NCBI GenBank assembly: GCA_002633005.1
Contig: NMRA01000242.1
Coordinates: 62,001-126,000 of the forward strand
Length of the DNA stretch: 64,000 bases
From: Phoronis australis
Lineage: Eukaryota; Animalia; Phoronida
Direction of reading: 5' to 3'
A program made the position numbers and the translations under genes. The notes under the pieces are model-generated. The model was not told the origin of the DNA, did not search any database, and worked only from the letters and a program-made list of their open reading frames with translations. How positions within the stretch are numbered: position 1 is the stretch's first letter; every line of letters starts with the position of its first letter. Shown piece after piece: positions 1 through 9,200 of this stretch.

Positions 1-470
1 GGTAAGGTCGACCGTATGCGAGGCGATGTGGATATAGACCGATTAAGACGGCAAAAAAGACTAATTAAATTGGGTGGCATTCTCCTTTAATACTGCTAAA
101 TGAAAATAATTTCATATGCTTTGCTTTCTTGCTTTGTAAGGTTTGCTAGTACAATGGAATTGAACACCTCATAGACCTACATGTACACAGACAATTGTTA
201 AGTCATACTTTGTAATGACTTTTTGCAATAGCACTGACTTACTGGTTACTTTGCGAATATTTAACAATTACGGTGGCCATTTGCTATTAGTTGTTCTTTG
301 TTTTATTACTAGGTAATTGCACGCTAGTCAAACATATCATGGAAGGTAGTACTGGCTTTGTAATGACATTGTGTGGCTTCATTCATGCCTGTACTATCAT
401 GCTGTTTCAAAGGCTGTGTGTTGATTTTCTCAACAGATTCACACATTCTGTCACACTGGTTTTATTTCAG

Positions 471-638
471 GCTCAAAAAGCAGAAAATGTAGAGAAGTTA
501 TCTCACTACAAGAACTTGACTGACTTGAACGTTTCCTTGACTGACTACCTGGTGGCAGCACAAGCAAGGCCAGAGAAGGTGATTCAGATAGTCACGGGAG
601 ATAAGTCAGAGCCAAACATTCACCTTCACCAGAATTAG
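471..638 (+). CDS. Probable terminal coding exon of a gene starting left of the window (AQKAENVEKLSHYKNLTDLNVSLTDYLVAAQARPEKVIQIVTGDKSEPNIHLHQN*)
   Basis: Acceptor tttatttcag ends at 470; 55 open codons to TAG 636-638; protein-like composition; followed by an AU-rich UTR-like tract with AATAAA at 1888-1893. Family not securely identified. Confidence 0.65.
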   Translation, partial: AQKAENVEKLSHYKNLTDLNVSLTDYLVAAQARPEKVIQIVTGDKSEPNIHLHQN

Positions 639-1089
639 TGTCTCATGCGTTTCTGTGATATTTGAATTTTGTCTAAATTCTAAAAATGTGTGAATCTTGA
701 AGGTGATGAATGTGATTAATATGCAGTTTATGCCTGAAGATTTTATTGCTTTTTACATTCTAACAGTATTTATTTTGAGGCCTTGAGTATTTTATACACT
801 GTTAAATGATGATTGTTTATGAATACATTGAGAGTCCGGTGCGACACACTTGTCTATTTCATTGTTATATGATTGACAGATTTTTGAAAATTTCTAAAAT
901 GAAAATGTTGCAAGCTTTTACTGCAGCAGTATGTGCATATTGTGTGTTCCTAATCATTTAGCACTACGAAAGTTACGGTAGTAAAATAATTTTAATGTTG
1001 GAATAACTGTAGGAGGCTCTGGAATTATTTTCAAAAATAGTTTAATTTTTATGCAATTTTACTTTGACATGGACTTACCAATGTTTTAA

Positions 1090-1705
1090 TTTTCATGCTC
1101 CCACATATGCATATGTGATCGCACATTACCATCATCTCTGTCTGGGCATCCAGGCGTCCACTGCTGTATCTCCAAAGCCCATGAAGGATCTTCATGAAGG
1201 TTAGCCTTTCCAGGCTGGGCTATTCAAAACCCTTAGGGGTAATGAAACAATTATCTCCTCAGCCAGGACTGTAAAGCCTTTGTCAAGCTGTGTTTACTTA
1301 CACAGGCCAACTATGACAGTTTCATGATTACGTGCAGGGTTCACAAAGAACTGCAGTCACTGACCTTGCACTTCAATTTAAAAATGCCTAGTGTGTGTAA
1401 AGGACACCCATGATATACAATCATTTGCAGAGTTCTAGGCGTTTACCCGGACTAGTTACCCCTTTCAATCCCAAAATAGGCAGATGACAACTTCTGTTAG
1501 TCAGATCCAGTTACCGCTGTGCCTGTCGTTGGAGTTCCGTGGTGGATTTTCACGAAATAACCAAATATGTGTTTATTAGGAGATGAAGACATCTCCCCGT
1601 TTTAAATTGGGTTCAGTGTGTTGTGCACCACCCAGTGCCCATTGTTATGATGCTCATAAACACCTCTTTGTGGTGCAGTCATGGGCGTATTTAATTAAGC
1701 ATTGG
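1090..1705 (+). mobile_element. Degenerate copy A of a Helentron/DINE-1-like non-autonomous element
   Basis: 5' end (cacatatgcatatgtg palindrome, tctgtctgggcatccaggcgtccactgctgtatctc) matches the reverse complement of ~55210-55295 and resembles the start of copy B; decayed 3' end gtgcagtcatgggcgtatt near 1673-1690. Boundaries approximate. Confidence 0.5.
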
Positions 1706-2398
1706 GCTATAGTATTTATAAATGATACTTTTATACCATGTGTTCCTACATTATTAGGATATCTGCTTTCCTTACATTGTGTGAATGTTTTTATGTTATC
1801 TGTATAAATACTTCATGAGTGTGCAAGTAAGGTATTCATTTTGTTATATTTCACTGTATTGTATCAAATTTCACTTATTTGTTGTGGAATAAAATGCTGA
1901 ATATCATTGGCAAGGGCTATGCTGCAGGGTTACAAGTATTTTCTTTTTATGCATCATATTAAAAACATACAACCAAGATGGGTTGTGGATTTTGCTGTCC
2001 ATTCATTGACCTTTCAAAAGCTTTCAGTTAAGTACCTAATAGTTTATTTCTGCATAGAACTATGCAATTTAATTTGATGGAGATGTGTTTTTTATTTCAT
2101 TGCAAAAACATGTAATGTATGTACATGATGTAAGGGTGTAATGCTTATAATGATATAATTAACGAAGCAATGATGAAACACTGACAACAAAGTTACAGGC
2201 AAATCTTATCTGTTAGATATTTTGACAACATTTGTGAATTCATAACAGTTATGATCCTTTGAAAAATGAATTACAACAAATTTGGCAGTTTTTGTCTAAA
2301 ATTGGTTTGATTTTGCGGTAATTGTTTAGACCTACAAAATTTGTTGTTTACAGCAAGTATCACTGTTGGGATATATTTTTTATGAATAGTTTTATCAA

Positions 2399-3208
2399 TT
2401 TTATGCGCCCTCGGTCCATCTGGCATCCACTGCTCTATCTGCAAAACCCTTTGACGTATGTTCATGAAATTTTGCACATGTGTTCCTGTAGTAGATAGGA
2501 CGGCATGAGCGAACTTTCGGACGGGTCCGACAATCGGTGTGCCTCCTAGTGGCAATTTTAGTTTTTTACATTTACCTTTGTATCTTCAAAGGTCCTTAAC
2601 GGATTTTCATAATATTTGGAATATAGGCATCTATTAGTGAGATGACGCTATCCTCCCATTTTTGGATGGAATCTAGGTATTTTGCACCACCTAATGGCCA
2701 TTTTTGCTGTTTTTGAGTCCACCCTCTATTAACCACACCATTTTAAGGATGATTTTGAAAATTGGCATACATGTTCTCAGTGTGAAGAGGACGTTTGACC
2801 ATGACAACTTTGACTACTGTGGCGTCTCCTACTGGTAATTTTGTTTTGCGTCCATAGCTGTATCTCCTAAATCCACTGCAGAATCGTTATTAAATTTAGT
2901 AAGTGTTTTATATGAAGCTAACAACAGACGACGACTTTTAGGCGGATCCAACGAACGCTGTGCCCCCTAGTGGCCGTTTGATTTTTTTCCGTTTTCTTTT
3001 GTTTCCCTGAAGTTCTTTGACAGATTTTTATGAAATTTGGTATGTAGCTTTCTGTTAAAGAAGGGATGGCATTTTCCTGTTTTCGGATAGATTGGACGCT
3101 TTTGCGCTATCCAGTGGCCATTTTTATGATACAAATAAACAACCCTAGGAGCACCCGGTTTGCAGTGCATTCGTGGGCGCATTTCAACGCTCTGCGTTGC
3201 TCTCGTTT
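2399..3208 (+). mobile_element. Copy B of a Helentron/DINE-1-like (HINE) non-autonomous element
   Basis: T-rich ends; subterminal inverted repeats ATGCGCCC (2403-2410) / GGGCGCAT (3175-3182); 3' hairpin CAACGC-tct-GCGTTG (3185-3199); internal degenerate units; 3' end matches the reverse complement of 53214-53320. Confidence 0.7.
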
Positions 3209-5505
3209 AATATGTAATAGTAGAATTTTGTAATTGCCTCCACTTCCCCTAAGAATTTGTTTAATTAAGAACATTCTTGCCAGTTAGAAAATTATATTAA
3301 TTATGTATACATTAAAATATTTTACCAGAAGCGTCTGGAAATACGGTAGGTGGTATAGTGGGTATATCTACTTTATCATTAAAAATGATTAAACCAATTT
3401 GATAAATTATTTCATAATGACTTTACACCCTTGCAATCCCATAAAATATATAGGTTAGTCTCACACGGGGTCGAATTGTAACTAATGTCATCAGCAAAGG
3501 CAGATTTTAGACTTGTTTGAGACTTGCTTGCATGTAAAAAAACTTCTAGTGGCTGTCATGTTAGTTGATATGTTTGTTCTGGTATTGTGTTTGTATTTTA
3601 TTCTTATTAGTATTGGGTCATACATATTTTAATGATGTCTCATTTTGATAATAACATACACTGCATTGGACATTCACAAGGATATTCCTGTTCTGTGGAA
3701 ATATTACTTGAAGTTTTCGGATTAAGATTATTTCCCTTTTTGAGGGACTCTTTTAATTAAGTGGTCACCTTCTGGTAGTGTCTACAGTGTATTTAAGAAG
3801 TGTGCCAAAGTCAGCCGCCTGTATTTGATTTGAGAGATGATGCATGGGACTGGCTGGTGAATAACTGCCACAGCCACTGTAGCCTCAAAGAAAGGTCATC
3901 AAAAGAAAGGGGTGGTGCAGCATTTTTGGAATTTCTGTGTGTTTTGAAAGGTGGCTCTAATAATATCACTATGTCAGCTGATACTGAGGTGGGTTTTGGA
4001 AAGTGCAAAGTTAGTTCTTCCTAACTTTTTTGCACACTGTAACAATTATGAGCCAGCTAGACATTGTTAATTAACTGGGGATACATCAGTCACACCAGTC
4101 TGGTCAAATATATATACTGAGACGTTATGTTTTTGTATGTGCGGCCTCAGCCCTAGGTCCATAGGAACAGGCAGTCTCCGAATATAGTTTTGTCCAAAGG
4201 TTTTATCATTTTTGTATGAGACTGTGTTTAGTGTCTCTGGTCATTGTTTTTGTGGTGTTGGGGCTACCAATGGACAGTTTGCTGGTGTGAATTACTTCAT
4301 TTACCGTGTTATACATTATCCAAATTGCAATAGGTATGTCTACTACTTAACAATGTGCATGACTCTAAGAATTTACTACTTTGCTTAAGATAAAACTCGT
4401 TTTCTTAATATATTTTAACACATGACATTGGTCTTTGAGCTGTTTATTTAGGGACCAGGGCAAAGCTATAAATTACAGGCCTGCAAACGCTCCAGTTATG
4501 TTTAATAGAGCGTTAACAAAGAATCTACCAAGCAAAGTTTTTTTCAAACCCAGCATGCTGCCATTCTGTGGAAACATAATTTTGTTGGAATTTGAATTCA
4601 CACTCTTATTAAACAGATATCAGTTTTTTATTTTTGATACAAAATTGATATATTGCAAAATCCAGTCCATACCCTTGTATTTCTTCTGCCTTTTGCTAAA
4701 TGTAGTTGCAATTTCATCAAAGTGGCGATGTCGTCGGATGACAAGTTACTTACCATAGCCGATGTTTCTTTTTCTTGGTGGAAACAAATTAATTTTACAT
4801 TAAGTGGAAGAGGATAACATTCATTGGCCTTTAAATAAGATATTCGTTATTTTGGTGAATTTCCCATTCATCTCATAGTTGAGATAACGGGTTCGTAGCC
4901 TGAGCTGCCGCGTCATTCATTGAATAACAAACAATTGTCCAAAAAGACGCATCTGAAAGAGCATACATAACACAAGGTGGTCTGGAGCGCTGTGTGAGGA
5001 CTCGGTGTGAATCGATAACTTTCTGCGCGTTGTCAGAAATGTGCTTTAATCAATGGGCACTAGTTTTGCTTAAACAACGCGCTGCATTAGTTCTTAACCG
5101 GTCATCGTTCTGCTCTTATTCAACGCGCACTTTTACTTAATCAACGCGTAGTTTTGCTGCAACGCGCGTAATTAAGAGCAATTCCATATAAAAACCAGAT
5201 GGTGGGCTATATATGCAAAATCACCAATTTTTTTGAAACTTAGCACATCAGCTGGCCTTGTCAAAAGAAACCTGAGCCTGAATTTTTAAGAGTTTTCGAG
5301 TTTTTTTAACCCTTTTTACGACCACTTTGTACTTTTTCTGAAAAATAGCAAATAATAGTGCTTGGAAGTAGGTGACATTTTGTCAGCAACAGCACATCAT
5401 CGCTTTACGCTACTGAAGAAAAAACTATATAGCAGAAAGGAGAAAGAATAACATACAAGAAAAACTAGTTCGGCTGGATTTATTGATTNCCGCCGTGACA
5501 AGCCA

Positions 5506-5606
5506 TGTTGTAGAGGATGGTGTTTGCAGAGGGTGGTGTCTGTAGATGATGATGTCTGTGGAGGATGGTGTCTGTAGAGGGTGGTGTTTGTAGAGGATAG
5601 TGTCTA
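5506..5606. repeat. Degenerate 16-bp tandem repeat (gatggtgtctgtagag), ~6 copies
   Basis: Directly visible, just after an ambiguous N at 5489. Confidence 0.75.
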
Positions 5607-6271
5607 GTAATAGCGAACTCCGTTCTTTTCACGCCCAGAAATTACTTCTAATTTGACAAAGGTTGTTTGTTCTCTCTAGGGCAGTTACTTTGAAGAGCCG
5701 TAATTTTTGGCGTTTAAACCTCTTAATTTCTCTAATATTATTCTTTGAATAAGTGAATTGATTAATCTAATTAGGAAATAAATATAAAGCCAAATACGTA
5801 TGCATGCCTATTTGAAAATTTTAGGGGAAATTTCGTCATCCATTTGGATGGTGGCACCATTAGTGCAAAAAGCAGTTCATGGCTCCCGTAATTTTTATAC
5901 ATTAATTTAAACTTACAATAATATACGCATATAGCAGATAGGGGCTAGATGAAACATTTTTAATTTTAGAATAAATTCGTCAAAATATAAGGGTTATATA
6001 TATGATGTTAGCTTCGGGATAATTCAATCTTTCCTTTTCATGGTGAACATAGGCGCCAACTTTCAATGAAATGTGGCACATAAATTCAACTGTGGCTTAA
6101 AAGCTATCGAGTACCACCTCAAGGAGTATTCGAGTTAGTCATTCTAAGACCTTACCTCCGGAACTCATACTCGTCTCAGACGCGGACTCGAAACTCTCAA
6201 GCGCGCCGCATGATTAGCACACAATTTTGTAATTTGCACGAAGCGTAACATGCAATTCCTCAATTTTTAAG

Positions 6272-9200
6272 TTGAATTTCAAGTGAGAAGCGTAGAACAA
6301 GAGCTCAGGTAATGATCCCCATATTTATGAACTCAAAAATTGAGATGTTTCTGCTGGAATGGGTTACACTGTATTGGCATAGTCCAAGTTGTTAACTACC
6401 CAAGATGTCTTACGTGTAGCCATGTCAAGCGTATATAAACTATTCGTCTTTGTAGGGTAGCAACAACCTTGCACAAGTGGTCTGTTAACCAGGGCGCTTT
6501 CTTCAACACAATAAACAAAGCCGTGGACGACTACCTGGAAGATCTGAAAAAGTCTTCTTTAGCTACGAAGAAGTTATGTGCGTGATCAGTGTTATATATG
6601 TCTGTTCAGTGTACATTTCTCATTCTTCGCGCTCATTATTTGAAGTGGCGTGGTTTTCGCCTGTGGAGTGTTCATTTACCTAACGGTAACCACTTTTCTG
6701 TAACGTTTGTGGCGAACTCCTGTTTAGCTTCACAGCTTATAATCTTTTCATTTTAGTGAACGGAAGAGACGTCATGCATCCATTTAAAACATTCTTCGAG
6801 AACGATGCGCTATTACTGCGTGACAGAGTTGACTTGATGGAGCAAATTGCGTCGAAACGGTCCGAATCTCTTCTCAAGTACGTATGCTTCAAGTTACTGG
6901 TTTGTACATAAATTTGGTTTACATTCGAAAAGCTACACAGAAAAGTCCCAAAATTTGATTTTGGGGACTCAATTCATCATTTATTTTCAACCGCTGTGTG
7001 AATGGGCATACAATTTGACCAGAGTCATAATTTGACCAGTCACAATTTGACCAGAGTTACAGACTTTGTTTATTCGAAGGCTGTTTGTTAAACGCCATTT
7101 TGCTAGTGTGCGATACTGAGGTCGCAAGTCTTGTAAAACTCAAGTGAGATCTCGTGCTTAACTATCTCACAAACTCCTCGGTTTTTCTAATTCGTCCAAG
7201 GTATGGCATATGACTTTCCTTTAGATTGAGCACAGAAATTTGCAACGCCGGCAATGCTTTGGTGAAGCATACCATGGCAGCCAAGAAGAGGTTGGACGTC
7301 AACATGGAAAACGTGTACCGGCAGGCAAAGGTAGGGGACGGGGAAAAGGAGACGAGTGTTTGATTCCACTACATTCTTCATTCAGCAGCACAGTAGTTAC
7401 GATTGACAATTTTTGTCGTCGAACCATGCTGAGACTGGTAGTAGATCGTAGCTAGAATTCCATTGAAAAGCATAAAGACATTCAATACTATTCCACCGGT
7501 ATCAGCTGGTTCGTGCAGGTTTCAAGACCACCCCCGTGTCATGTTCAAGAGTCGTGTGCACGTGACTTAGCCTTGTTGCATGTAGTCAGAGACTTGACAA
7601 CGGGATCAGATTGTAATAAGAATTTAGTAACAATCCCATGGCAAACGACCCCGGATGAATTAAAAATCTTACCTTTACTTTCATATTACGACATCCATTG
7701 TAAATCAACTCAATCGTCAAAATAGAGAACTTGCGATTCCGGGGTAATTAGACGTAATGTTCATCTTTTAAAAAGTTGCTGTGATCCCGCCTTTTACTAT
7801 TAAAGATACTCTCTCCGCCTCATATTTTGTTATTAACAAAATATGAGGCGGAGAGAGTAAACACTTGATAAAACAGATTTTGACGAAAGCTAGTTCAGTC
7901 GACACTTAAATCCAAATAATGCTCATTCAACACAACTGCAACTATTTTCAAACTTAATTCAATTTGATATGCAACTATTTTCAAACTTAATTCATTTTGA
8001 TATGTATATTTTAGTTTTTATGGTGCGCTACCTGAAACGACTGCCGTTATTGTTGAGTGACAGCAGACTCGTGCGTAATGGGTACATCATCATCTGCCGC
8101 CATATTTAATAAGGTTTCCACGGAAACCCCGGCTTATTTAAAAAATAAGAAGTTCTCAGTAATTCAAAATAAGTTAAACACAAACAAGACTGAAAGTTAC
8201 GAAATGTTTATAATGTAGTGACATCTATCGACTGGCGAAATTTATTCTATGTTCCAAATAGGTGAAAGTAAAGGGAGAGGTGTCTTTAAGAATTAAGACT
8301 ATATTTTGAGATAGGCAACGGATCTGGTCTCAATTCCGTCCTTACTGACATCAAAATCATTTCTCGGTGAAGAAATGGCTGCCGCTAAAGCTCGGATCAA
8401 GGGTTAATGAGTTATCTTGATCAGGCGCCAATAATGGATTCAAACAATTCACGTCTACCCAACCCGAGGAAGGAAAACAGTTGAGGCCAGTTTTATAACG
8501 ATTGATAGTCCACATGAAAAGTTGTAAGAAGGTGGGTTTGCAAGAACTTTGTTATTAGGACGTGCTGTACCCACAAAACCAGGATCCTCTGTAAAATAGT
8601 TTACGATATTTGACAAATAATAATGGTGAACAGTGGAAATAGTGTCGTACATAAAGTCGAAGACGGTTTTTAAAAACTGTATTGTGGTTGAATGTTCTGT
8701 TATGTTCAATAGAATCTATTGTGTTACCTATGACTTGTGGTTGCTATGAGCTAGCTGCATTCGCCTTACATGGTGTTTTCAGAGTGCGCAAGAAATCCGC
8801 GAAAACTTAGAAACATTAACTAAGACCAACCCTGTCCAAAAGCGAAAGAAACGCGAAATCGATCGACTACGGCGGGCCGAGACAGAAGCGCAAGAGAAAG
8901 TCATATTTTTGGGCGAGCGGACACAGGACTCCTATCATAGATTCGTGCAGGTCAGTTCAACCGCAACTCTGAACTTAAAACGAAAAGCTGGAGATTGTAT
9001 CGCAATCGTTATTTTAAGATCGCTCTTTGACCAAAGCTATCAAAATCAGTATTTCACGCTATTTTCGTACTAGAACTCCCAGACTGGAACCAACAGTGTT
9101 TCACGCACCCAGCCTAAAAAATAGGGTGGCTCGCATTTTTGAGAATGTGGATTTTTTACTAAAAAACGGGTTACGTTCAGAGCTATGAATTGTGTATTCG

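Noticed and set aside
1-90. GGTAAG as the upstream donor for the 471 exon, or ...attctcctttaa as a Kolobok-like right end
   Set aside because: Truncated by the window edge; neither reading can be tested.
3800-4024. Overlapping plus and minus ORFs, and a minus-strand ATG|GTAAGT at ~4753
   Set aside because: No recognisable protein and no convincing acceptor to complete a gene model.
6050-6260. Candidate first exons for the F-BAR-like gene
   Set aside because: Frames contain stops, lack an ATG or need a 43-nt intron; left unresolved.
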